Origin: Massalongia carnosa | Taxonomy: Eukaryota | Assembly (NCBI GenBank): GCA_965645245.1 | Contig: OZ287078.1 | Location: 1,178,001 to 1,242,000, forward strand | Direction: 5' to 3' | DNA length: 64,000 nucleotides | Shown: piece by piece, positions 25,001-36,817 of the stretch | How the letters are laid out: each line of letters begins with the position of its first letter | How positions within the stretch are numbered: position 1 is the first letter of the stretch | Position numbers and translations under genes: made by a program | Notes under the pieces: generated by a model | Seen by the model: the letters and a program-made list of their open reading frames with translations, nothing else | What the model was told of the DNA's origin: nothing | The model's database searches: none

Positions 25001-26018
25001 CCGTCATCGGCAACTCGAGTTTCGGCTCCGTCGCCGTATCCACAACCAGCACCCTCTCCTCGGCCCGGCCCAGGATCCCCCACAGCCGTACCAGCCCCCC
25101 GCCCAGCTCCCCGATCCAGCTCGTGCCTGCGTACCGCGCCTCGCCCGGTTCCATGCCCGTGCGGTTCGCCACTACTGCGATTGTTGTTTTTGCTGCGGCT
25201 CCTTTTTCGCTGTTGTCGTCTGCGTGGTGGGGAGCGTCGACGAGCGGCCGCAGCCTCTCGCACCAATACTCGAACGTGTCCGGGTCCGGTTCCGTTGCGG
25301 CTGTGAGCTCGGTGGCCTGGAGCTGCGTGAGCCAGGCCATGCTTAGGGTCAGGAGGCGGGATCTCGTGCGGAGGGCGTGACTGGCTAGTTCGTAGCTGTC
25401 CCATGGGGCGATGAAGCGGTGAGGGTTGATGTCCATGCAGATCCCGAAGCTGGTGATTGTGTTCTTGTTTTTGTTGTTGTCGTCATCATCATCGCCAAGC
25501 GGGAGAGGCACGGTAAGCCAGCCCGACGGCGATTCCTGCGCCCACGTCTCGTCCGTATAGTACAGATGTGTTTTCCGACAATGGGCCAGCGCGCAACCGG
25601 TCGGGGAGAAGGTAACCGTAGAGTTATAGCAGAGCGCCGACGCCGCGGCGGGGACAGCCAGTTCGGGGTATCCCACCGTCACGATGCACCGCAGGCGGAT
25701 GGCTGTTTCGCGCGCCCATTGCGACGACGGGCCCGCAGCCGTGGGCTCCAGGAAAGGGGTTATGGCTGCTAGGGACGGGTGGTTGTAACCTGTTTTTTGG
25801 GGGGAGAGGGGGGGGTTGCGTGTGATTATTAGGAAATGGAAAGAGGGGAAGATAGGTATCTCTATCTAGATGGAACACGAACCCGTAAACGCCATCTCCG
25901 GCAAAACGAGCAGGTCAAAATCGCCGGCGGAGAAGGGCTTCAGGAGCGTGTTCGCGCGCGCGATGTTGGCGGCGAGGGCGCCGAGCTGGGGCGAGAATTG
26001 TAGAGTTGCGAGGAGCAT
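25001..26018 (-). CDS. NTA1: Protein N-terminal Asn/Gln amidase (carbon-nitrogen hydrolase family), 3' end lost in the gap
   Basis: MLLATLQFSP...LLVLPEMAFTGYN (intron ~25790-25882), VGYPE, RKTHLYYTDETWA, GICMDINP, LSMAWLT and ANRTGME...YAGTS. Confidence 0.88.
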
Positions 26019-26836
26019 TTTTGGGGGGTTGGGGGGGGGGGTGGGGAGGAAAGGAAAAGAAAAGAAAAGAAAAGGCCGGCTGGCGGGGGGGGGGGGGTTT
26101 CTTTGGTTTAATTTTTACGGATTTTACACCAATGGGGAGTTTTGTTAAGGAGAGTGGAATTCTTCAAGGAATGTGTAAATGTGGAATGGTCGTTGAGGCG
26201 AAGGATCATCATCCCGTTCGCCGCAGCTTTCGGTTCCTGGGTTAGGTACAGAGAACAGCAACAACAACAACAACAATAAAACTAAGATAAATCCAAAATA
26301 GCTACTGTATATGTATACAGAGTATGCACACCATGTAAACATAACATGTATCTAAAAACACAAGTCCTCAGTCCAAGAACGTTATCGAGAATGTAATCGA
26401 GGAACTAGGTAGGTAGGTGAGTCGCCAAACCGTACACAGGAGTACTTGCCTAACCATGGAAAAAATTTAATCCTCCCCTAGACTATGTGTGTGTGTGCGC
26501 CCCGGTAGTTAAAGGGGGGGGATCATCACCGGAAAGCTATATATAGATAGATGGAGAAGAAGACGCAGACGAAGAAAGAAAAAGCGTTGGTGGGAAATTT
26601 ACGCGCGCGCTGGTTTGGACCCCCGTGAATTGGCTGTGGCGGAAATGTAAACGGTGGTTGTATAATTGTAAGATTTTCCATTGCTCGAGCTTCGTCGGGG
26701 GAACGGAGCCCGAAAAGTGGAAATCGGGAACTGGAATACACCCCACCCCCATCTTCGGACACTGGAATCGTACAGGCACCATCACAACACTCGTTAGCCA
26801 ACCCTTCCCCCCTTTTTCATACCATCCCACAGCAAA

Positions 26837-28515
26837 CTACCCGCACTGCTTCTCGTGCCGACGGCTCGTCACCGGATTCGGGATAATCCCCCTCTCGATG
26901 CCCTCCCTGAACCCCCACGGGCCGGGCCCGCCCCAGCTCCAAAAGAAATAGCCGCTGGAGTTCTCCTCAAACGTGTCCAGCTGGGCCTCGACGTAGCGGC
27001 CCACCTGCGCCACCAAGGCCTCGTTCCAACCGGCGATCGGATCGGCCTCGCACTGGCAGCCGGCGACGCTGCAGCTCGCGCCGGCCGTGGTGCTGCCGTC
27101 CGGGTTCACGCAAATGACGGTGGCGCCGCTCCACTCGCCGACAAAGGTCGGCGCGACGGCGTTGGCGCGCGCAAGGTCGGCGGCCTTGGAGCAGACGCGG
27201 GCGATGTGCTCGGGCTGGGTGAGGGCAATTTCGGCGTCGGAGAAGACCTGGTAGAGATGCGTGTCGATTCCGAAGGAGCCGGAGGGGCCCAGCGAGCGGG
27301 CGGTGTCGGTCCAAGAGTTGGGGCCTTGGAATGCGTCGTGCATGACGATCATCAGGTTGGGGTTCGTCGCGGCGTCTCGGACGGCCTTGTAGGCGTCGCG
27401 CACGAACTGGACCGTGGTGTCGAACTGGTTGCCACCTTGCATCAGGGGTTCGTTGACGAGCTCAAGCCCGACGACAGTGTCGGCGTACTGGGTGGAGCCA
27501 TATTTCTTGGCCATGGTGGTGAGGACGGCAATGGACTTTTCCAGATTGTCCCCCTGCTGCCAGAGAATATTACCTGCGTGGCCGGAATTATCAAATCCGT
27601 TTTGGGAGCCAGGCTGTCCGTGACAGTCCACCCACACCTTCATGCCAGCTGCTCGCGCCCATCCAATGGCCTTGTCCAGGTAAGCGTCGGCGCCTTGGAG
27701 ATATGGAGTGCCAGAGTTATCGTACGACCAGAAGCCGATAGGAATCCGAAGTCTAGAGTTTGTTAAGCATACGGCCTGGGTGGGAATGGGATTGCTGAGA
27801 CGTACGCATTGAGACCATATGACTTTAGCCTTTGGACGTCTGCTTCGGTAAACCATGTCGACCAGTGCTTCTCAAGAGCTTCGGCGGCGCCGTTTGTGGA
27901 ATCAAAGGCGTACTGATCGGCAGCTTCAGCACCGGCTCCCGTGAAAACATCGCCGTTCATCCACTTTTCCAATACTAGCCAACCTCCAATGTTGACACCG
28001 CGCAGGAACTCGTTATTTGGTGACGTGATTGGAGCGATACCAGAAGGGGATGAGCCGGCGGGAAGGGTCGACGTAATGGATAGAGGGAGGAGAACTGAAG
28101 AATTGCCGGTTGATGGGAAAAGACTTGGTGCTGGTGATTCAATCAGCTAAACAGGCTCTAACGCAGGTAACGACGGAACAGGTGGTCTACCAGGAGCGTT
28201 TGGCTGAGCGGAGCTTGGACTAGAAGCTGTCTTGGACGTAATATACTCTCGTTGGGGGTTGATACCGGAATATGGTTGGTATCCTGATGGTCTCGGGACC
28301 TTGATGGGAGAATAACCAGTAGACGCGGCGGAAACGCTGAGGCTAGACCTATCACCGCTGGAATAATTGGGTATATTCGGGTATTGGCGACCACGTACTC
28401 TGGCCAGTAGGATCTCACGATCCTGTGGAGGGTCGAAGGCTTGAGGTAAACCCCATGATGGCAGGGCTAGGGAGAGTAAAGACAGGAACTGGAATATGTT
28501 TGTGGTTGGAATCAT
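26837..28515 (-). CDS. Secreted GH5 glucan 1,3-beta-glucosidase (exo-1,3-beta-glucanase) with Ser/Pro-rich N-terminal linker
   Basis: Signal peptide, LRGVNIGGWLVLEKWM, LRIPIGFW, PGSQNGFDNSG, catalytic ELVNEP and FVGEWS. Introns 28131-28190 and 27753-27805. Confidence 0.9.
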
Positions 28516-31500
28516 TCTTGAGAGCGCTGGCAAATAAATTTTCCTTCGCATGAGGTAAGAAAGAAAGCTATAAATGCACAGACACACGACACTCAAAACA
28601 AGACCTCCGTCGATAATAGAGACAGAACGTAATGAGAGTTGGGAGGGAATGACCTGGAGTGTAGGATGAGACCCGAATCGCTCAACTTTAATCAACGATC
28701 GTTATGCGCTCACCGACAGAGCTTGCTAATTGGTATAGACTTGGAAAGAATGCTGAAATGTTCAAACCACGAATAATGGATTGAATGAAGGTGCGCAATG
28801 GAAGCGGAATGAAGGATGAGCAAGGAGCTTGCAAGACTGTGCGAAGACGAAAGAACACAAGTATCAAGCACCTGGAACAGGGAGCGAAAAGAAAATGCGG
28901 ATAATAACGCACAGAGCAAGAAGGAAAAAAGGCAAAATATCCAACCATGTATCTACATCAGAAGGACTATATAATGCCTTGATGCAAGCACTCCACTCCA
29001 TAGAACCCCTTTCGAGTCACGAACCCCAAATTAACCGATTGACAACTCGAAACGCCATCGCTAGGGATAGACACACACACAAGGTACTTTCGCCTCTTTT
29101 CCCAACACTGACAGGAGAGCTTCCAGGATCGGGGGTGACAAACCTTCACTCTCGAAGCCGACATCAACACCAAAATAGAGTTATCGTCGTCAGGGGCCAT
29201 ATTAATAGCGTCGATGCTTATGATAGAAGCATCTCACAGGATGTTCCAGCTGGAGTATACCGTTATGACTGTGGTCTCAATTGATGATAACTTTTCCCCT
29301 TTTCTCCTTTTCTGTTTTCGTCCTTGTTGGGCGGAAGACTTGGAGGGCCGTCCAACTGGCTTAGTCACCTCCTTCATGCTGCGGAGACACCTAGTTAACT
29401 AAAGTTAGGGTAAGTACCGTACTAATTGGCAAAGCAGACCCTAATTTTATAGGGGGGTGGTCAACACACGAGCTATTTTGAACGAGGTCTTATAAGCAGA
29501 TAGGATCTTATGTGGGGGGGTAGGGTTTAGTCAGCATCCAAAAACGCGAGAATTCTTTCACATCAAAATTCCATGTAGAAAGCATGAAAATCATGGAGAC
29601 CCATAAGACTGAACTAGAGCTAACAAGGAAAAGCTACGACTTAACGAAGTGAAACTAGAGTTAATCAGGTTAAGCGAGGAGAAAACCGCTGTTTTGTACT
29701 TCGTACCGGGTACACCAAAGTCTCGAAAATGTGATCTTATGGTGCAGGAACCCCCTATGTTCGGAAATAAGCGGTTGGAACGGGGTCTTATATTCAGGGG
29801 AGGTCTTAGTTACCCTAAAGCAGGGTCTTTGTTTGCCAGTTAATACGGTAGCCGAACGACTTGACGAGATGTCCCCCTTGAACCTATTTTTATCACTTCT
29901 CAAACTGCCCGTACTCTCGATCTGCTATGGAACCAAAATGTCATCATGCGTTCATCTTCTCAGAGTTCTCTTTGAGTCCTTTAATTTATCGTCATCAAAT
30001 TTTGGGAGATTTCCAATCTCTTGAAACGCGGCACATACGCTGACGGTCCTCGTATTTCCCTTGGGGTTGCTTCAGTTCTCTAATCATGGCCGCTTTCGGT
30101 GGGAGATCACTTGCGACCTGATTTTTTGTATGTTATTTCTGTCTCGGATCCTTCGCCTCTCTAGCTGATCGCGTTTTTAAGCTATGGTCAATCAAAAGGC
30201 TGGCTTATATATCCGTGAGCGTCCGGCTCGGTAACGGATTGCTTGCCGAGCCTCCAGTTCGAAACTTCGAAGCAGGTTAGACGTTGAAACCAGTCGCAAT
30301 TGGGATTACTGCCCGTATATGGAAGCACTCACTCACCCGGGCGGTTTAGCGTTCTTCCCATTACACCACCCCGCCGACGGAGCTTTGGTATATCTGGCGC
30401 ATTGATCATCACGCCCTTGTGGCGCTGCGATGCTGGAGGAACGGAGGTCCCGATTTGTCTCAGATCTTTCCTAGTCATATGGTGTCATGAGGTGGATGTT
30501 AGCACCGTCAATGTACAAAACTAGACTGAAAGCAATCGATGGGGGCAATGCCGGATTGAAACGCATCATCCGAGCTGAGCTGAATATCTTCGTTCTTTTC
30601 TCTCGGTGTCATAGCCTGAATCTCTTCAACGTCGACAGTTTCTATTGGTGTATCGACCGCTCGTCATATGGAGGGTAGTTGAGAGGTATCACTAGATGTC
30701 TTCCTTGCAGGCTTGAAGAAACCATACCGAGTATGACATCTTCGTTCCAACCCCACCGCGTTTGGGACGGTGCGTGTGGCGTGATAAGGGAATCTCAACG
30801 CAGGCTAAAGGATCGCATTAAACTTCCGAACGCATCCCTGTACTCTGTCTCGTTCCCCACAACACCGCGTCAGGCCTTTCATGGCCGGGGTACCACAATC
30901 GCTCCAGTTCCAGCATATTGGTCACTCACCGATGATAATGATCCACCAGTCGATTCTTTAATGCCAGTTAACTATGACCATTTTGCGCACTTTCATGGGT
31001 ATTGCACGCACTTTGACGGCCACTGGGCTGTTGCAGCGATTTCCGGTTCGATCCGCTTCCGTGAAAGGGTGTTTTCACGTGATGACTACTCCAATTAGGG
31101 CAAGTAACGCTCTACAACGTACTCAGTCCATAGTAGCTCGAATCCCCTCCGTGATTTCCACCGTCAAAACCGTTCATCAGACCTGTTCCCACAATCGGCT
31201 TCCTATGACGTTGTGCATCATCGTTGCGTCTTTGCATCCATGACTGCACGTGATGCTCATCTGACCATCATGTCACATGCCTTGCGGAGCCCTGCCACTA
31301 CTAACTCTCCGCACACATGTCTTGACTACGTTACTCGTACCTTCCATTGTCCCCCGACCGTTCTTCTTTTCCTCTTCGGGAAGGCCGAGGGCTCCTTCTC
31401 GAAGGCGGTCCAAAGGCACATGCTCCAGGCCAATCGTATACGACGCCATACGAATTGGAGGGAATTTGTTAGGTGGAAATTGACGAGGGTTGTGCAACAG

Positions 31501-31560
31501 CTTCTTCGTTAGCGTTAGGGGCTAGTCCGTAGGCGACGAAAGGGTTGGGATGTTGTGCAT

Positions 31561-31644
31561 ATGGTACGTATGGTGCGTATGGTGCGTATGGTGCGTATGG
31601 TGCGTATGGTGCGTATGGTGCGTATGGTGCGTATGGTGCGTATG
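31561..31644. repeat. 9-bp minisatellite (ATGGTGCGT) x ~9
   Basis: Tandem array seen directly. Reads as (APY)n on the minus strand. Confidence 0.95.
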
Positions 31645-32297
31645 TTTGCATGTGGTGCATGTGATTCGCATGCTTGGAGTATCAACATTTAACGGGGTTT
31701 TTCCATCTGATAGAGGATCGGTGTTCCCGCAGAAAGTTGAGGAAAGCGGGGGGGGATGACGAGTGGCTTTTTTCAGCACTTTCAGTGTGGTAGTTCTCTT
31801 TGCAGCCTAGCGGGAGCCGAGCGCGGCCATCCACCATCCACCATCCTCCATCCAACCGACACCCTCTCCCGCCGACAAACTGACAACGCGTTGATAAAGA
31901 CACCCGCCAAAGACACACCCACACCCCACCCCCCCCACACCCACACCACACCACACTCCCTAATCCCTTACTCCCTTCTCCCTACACCACTTTTCAGAGA
32001 TAGTCGATATACAAGAGTAATGTGCCCCGCAGTGAACGTCAGCCAATCAGCCAATCAGCCAGTCAGCCAATCAGCGTCAACTCGCTAAACATTGCCGATC
32101 CAACTCTTCACATGTGACCGGTTACACTTTTGTACTTGTAGTCGCACTCGGTGCACCTGATGGAATTCTGATATCTGATATTCGACCCGTTCAGATCATT
32201 CGCATCACCCCTTTTGCAAGCACCAGCACCAGCATCAGCATTAGCATCGTCGAGCACCTTCGAGACCAGGAAGGTGAAACGGAACCGACGAGATAAT

Positions 32298-32350
32298 CCA
32301 GCTCCAGCTCCAGCTCCAGCTCCAGCTCCAGCTCCAGCCACCAGCACCAG
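32298..32350. repeat. (CCAGCT)n hexamer microsatellite with CCAGCA variants
   Basis: About 6 perfect units followed by degenerate ones. Confidence 0.9.
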
Positions 32351-33554
32351 CACAACCGATCGTCAAACCGCGTCGCCTAACCACCTCACTTTACCTACTC
32401 AACCTTACTGACGAGCCTTTTGTCGGTTCGGTCGATACAGGCATCCATACAGCCCACGGCTAATTGGATCAATCACCGTCCGTCATCGAAGAACCCTGTG
32501 GCGCATCGACAATCTTTCTCTCCTTCCCTTCGCTCTTCAAATCTTCAAACATTTCTTGCTCGACGCCCACACCACGCTTAACCACCCACCCTCCCCCCGT
32601 CTCCTCCACCCATCCATCCGCCTTACCCATCCCCCCCTCGCACACACCACTCAATACACCCTCCCCCCCCCACTCCCCGAAAAAAACCCTAATCCATCTT
32701 TAGAAACACACTCTAACTGTCATCGTCCATATTCATATTCTCCATCAAACTTCAGACACACGGCGCGTGACCGTGATCACGGTGAGTCTTCTCTATTCCT
32801 CTTGTCAGTGTGGAGTGCTGCTGCATCATTTCTCTCCCATTGTACACCCTTGTACACCCTGGAGACAGTGTGCAGGGGAACGCGGTCGGGCCAGCGTGGA
32901 TCATGATTGCATGTGTTCTCATCACAGACGAATAATCCGGCATTGACGGTGTTCGATGTGCTTTGCAATGTCAATGCCCGTGGGTCGGGCAACAGTGGAC
33001 GGGTGATATGGACAAGGAAATCATGAGGGAAAGGGTGATCGCAAAGCACAACGCGCGCTTCCCTTTTGATTCGGTACCGCGTACTTGCATAACTCGTGAC
33101 TTGAATATCGCACCACGTGAGGAACAGACTGCTGACCAAACGCAATTGATAGTTCATCCTCGGAATCCATCCCATTGCCGTTCTGCGCAAACTCCTACAC
33201 GGGAGCGGTCCAAACCTCCTACCCGACGCGGTGATCGTGAATCCAGTGGGACCCAGGACGACGGTGGCCCAAGCCAGGACAACCAATTTGCGTCGTGTCG
33301 ACGGCAACGGGAACATTGAAAGCCGGCGGCCGGGATCCAACACCTGCCTGCGGTGGACGTTCGTTTGACCGAGTGTGTCGTTGGACCGATTGGGGTACAG
33401 CCAGCCGCTGCGAATCGAGCGCGCGGTGCGACAACCTTCCATCGCTAGAATCAAATAGACCGCTCTTTCTGGCCAAGTTCCCCTTCACCTGTCCCTCCAG
33501 CTTGCCGCCGTGACACCGTGGGGAACCCGACTGCTCGGGGCGCTGCTGGGTGCA

Positions 33555-34564
33555 ATGTCAGAACACATGAATTTCGAAAACGGCGGAGGACCAGCGCCGC
33601 AGGACAGCACCGCGGCCGCGGTGGATCATGCCCTGCAACAACTGAAGGCGTCGAATAAGAGGAAACGTGACTCGTCGGATCTCGGCGGCGACCCCAAACA
33701 CTTGGGCGCCAAGCGGGCCTCCTCGTCGAACGCCCTCAATGGGAACGGCCATGATGCCAACGATCTGTCACGTGTTCTCTATGCTGACGGCATGCGAGAC
33801 CCGTCGGCCTCGCAAGACTTTAACGCACTGACGCAACAGCTGGCGCGCCACGTCGCCAACGCCAACGCCAACCATGGCCTGCCGGATAATTCCAACTCGA
33901 ACTCCGCCTCTGGTCTGGGAATGATGCCCCAGTTGACGGTGCCACAGCCCACGGAGCTCTCGTTTGTCAGCACAGGCTCTGGCCCCGATGCTGATCGCCA
34001 GCTGGATGCGTCGTTTGATCTGGTCGACAACGGCCAGAACCACAATCTCCAGGGGAGTCCTTATGGCATGGGCGGATTCCAAGGGACATCGTCGCAGGTG
34101 CAAAACGCCCGCGAGTCGTCGAACGGAGGAGGAACCAAGCCGGCGGTAGGCTCGGACGAATGGCACAAGGTGCGACGAGACAACCACAAAGAAGGTGAGC
34201 AGGTCGAACGCGACCATGTCGACCATGAACTAACGCTGGAGTAGTGGAGAGGCGACGTCGCGAAACCATCAACGAAGGCATCAACGAACTCGCCAAAATC
34301 GTCCCCGGCTGCGAGAAAAACAAGGGTTCAATCTTGCAGCGCGCCGTGCAGTACATTACGCAATTACGAGAGAACGAGACCAAGAACATTGAAAAGTGGA
34401 CGCTGGAGAAGATGTTGACGGAGCAAGCCATCGCCGAGCTCAGTCATCGGATCGACGACCAGAAGATGGAGATCAAACATTTGAAGGAGCTGAACGGGTC
34501 GAGAGATTTGGACGCCAAGGGCGATGACGATGCCGGCGGGACGGATGATGAAGGCGATACGTGA
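33555..34564 (+). CDS. CBF1: bHLH-zipper transcription factor, centromere-binding factor 1 ortholog
   Basis: KPAVGSDEWHKVRRDNHKE|VERRRRETINEGINELAKIVPGCEKNKGSILQRAVQYI...NIEKWTLEK. Intron 34195-34244. Confidence 0.92.
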
Positions 34565-35514
34565 AACGGGGGAGTGTTCCTTCACGCCGAAACCAGGTCT
34601 TCACGCCTGCTCTGACTTTCTGACGAAGATGACATTTTGTCACGCCTGCCACCGTCGTAAAATTATTCGATATTCTCTCCGCCCGTTTGATGTTTATGAG
34701 GGCGCCGAGCGAGCATCGTATTTTCAGAAGCAACCCTCCACCGTATGTTGCGACCGTCCGTCGTCCATGACGGGTAATGTTGGCTGCAACGCTTTTCCAT
34801 CCGTGGTCTCATCATACCGACCACGATCCGGTTTATTATTCTCGCAGCGGCGGCGCCGGGGAAGGGCGGTTTTTTGTTTGTTTTTTTTTCCCTTCTCATT
34901 CCCCTTTTCCCCCCAACACTTTTTTCATCTTCCCCCCCCCTTTTAATATTCTCCTTTATGTTGTCTTCTTCTTTTCTTCCGTGCGGGAGGGGAGGGAGAA
35001 AGAAAGAGAGGGAGGATGTACGTAGGCATGTATGTATGTTACGAAAACAGAAACAGAAACGGAACCAGACCCGAGCTTTGAGCTTCCGCTTCACGCTTTA
35101 CGTGGCCCCGTTGTCGCGTCGTTGACGTTTGTCCTGTCGTCGTTGTTATTGTCGTGTCGATCGATCCGCGCTGATGACCAGCGCCGAGAAACCGAACCAA
35201 AACATGCCTTCGTTCATGAAACCACCCAGCTAGGTATGATGGTTACGCGTGCCTCCGTGACCGAACAAACCAGTTAAGGGAAAAGGGGATTCCCTCTTCT
35301 CGGACCCCCTTGCCACGCACCCACTCATACTTTGTTGATATCCATTCATTCGCTCCTTGAATGGAGAGAACAGGATCGTCGGGGAAGAGGAAGAAGAGGA
35401 AGAAGAATGTGGTGGTGGTTGGGTTGGCCTGGTCAGGAACAGGTAGATCGCGGGTGAAGTTGGAGGGGGGGGGGGGGTTTGGTCATGGACTCGTGAACAG
35501 AACTCGTGAATGGA

Positions 35515-35516
<2 letters not shown>

Positions 35517-35556
<40 letters not shown>

Positions 35557-36510
35557 TTGATACAAGAAGAGGAAGAAGCGCGCAAGATGGTTGGAACCGC
35601 AGAACGGGGTAAAGTAAGTAAGTAGATAGGTAGGTGGGTAGATGGATAGATGGATAGGTTGGTTATACATACAAACCTAACTTAACCTAACCTACCTACT
35701 CTCCGAACTGTCCGTTCGTTTATCCCGTCTTTGTCTTCCTGTCGTCGGCTATTCTCCCGAAGTCGGTTTACTTTCGTTTTGGCTTGAGTCTATCTATCTA
35801 TCTATCAATCGCTCAATCGCTCACTCACTCACTCACTCACTCACTCACTCATTTGTTTTATCTATCTATCTATCATCATCATCATCATCTTCATCCCCCT
35901 TTTTCCCCCCAAACTTTGTTTCTCTCATCTCATGCCCAATGCTCCATACATTTCCCAAACCCCGTCTCCTCCTATCATGCTTGCATCCTTCCCGGTTTCC
36001 CGATTCGGTTTTTTTCTCCAAAACACCATTCCTCCAGCCCCCCCCCCCCCTTTTCTTTTCTTTTCTGTTTTCTTTCGACTCTCGTTCCCCAATCCCCTTT
36101 TCGGAACATAATGGAACGGAACGAAAAACGGGCGAGGTACATTGATCAGGAATCGGGGCAATAAAGTCGGAGATCGAGAGAGGTTTTGTTTTGGTTGTTT
36201 CTTCGTCTTTTTTTAAAAAAAAAAAAAGTTTAAAAAATATATATATATATATTATATTTCTTTTCATTTTCTTTACATACTTCTCCCTGTTTCTACATCG
36301 CCTATAATTTGTATAATTTCTTGTTCTTCTTCTTTTGCTCTTTTTGTTTTGTTTGTATGCTTCTACATTTGTCGGCCTTGTTTCTATTCTATTACCCCCC
36401 TCTTTTTCTTTGTTTGTAATTTTATTTTTTCTTCTTCTTTTATTCGAAGAGGGAAATAGAGGCGGAGGAGAAGAGGAGGAAGAAGAAGAAGAAGAAGAAG
36501 AAGAAGAAAA
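35517..36510. repeat. Microsatellite-dense convergent intergenic zone: (GT)n, (TCTA)n, (TCAC)n, (CAT)n, (AT)n, (GAA)n and homopolymers
   Basis: (GT) ~35518-35550, (TCAC) ~35820-35850, (CAT) ~35873-35889, (GAA) ~36478-36507. Confidence 0.9.
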
Positions 36511-36817
36511 AAGGAGTTTCATCTATCTAGTAAGCGATGCCTACGGTACTCTCCATCTACCTTCCTGGTATACTTACCTACCGTGTGGGTGAATAAATTC
36601 TGGAAAGTGAAAAAAAGGTAAGGGGGGGCCTATACAATGTACATACAATTTGCATCTGTAACGGAGATGCATGAATAAGGATATTTGGAAGCCACTGTTT
36701 TGGGGAGGGAGATATGTATATCTTTATGTATTTGTCCGACAAGATTAAACTATGCGATATTGCAAACAAACCCTCCAGCCGCGCTCAACTAAAAATGGAT
36801 GAAAAAAATTTTGTCAA

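Noticed and set aside
24732..25404. ORFs spanning the N run
   Set aside because: Artefacts of translating through the assembly gap.
26855..27766. 303-aa plus-strand ORF
   Set aside because: Antisense to the GC-rich GH5 exon, where stop depletion is expected.
28131..28190. In-frame TAG (28147-28149) suggesting a GH5 pseudogene or stop-codon readthrough
   Set aside because: It lies in a 60-nt intron (GTAGAC...GCTGAT...CAG) whose removal keeps the frame.
29390..29530. TTAGGG-like words and a TpA-rich patch (interstitial telomere or MITE?)
   Set aside because: No tandem telomeric array and no TIR/TSD pair found. At most an unidentifiable relic.
31561..31644. CRISPR-like array
   Set aside because: Head-to-tail 9-mer with no spacers, in a eukaryotic context.
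35784..36592. ORFs with poly-S, poly-E and poly-H tracts
   Set aside because: Translations of microsatellites in the CBF1/SEC8 3' spacer.
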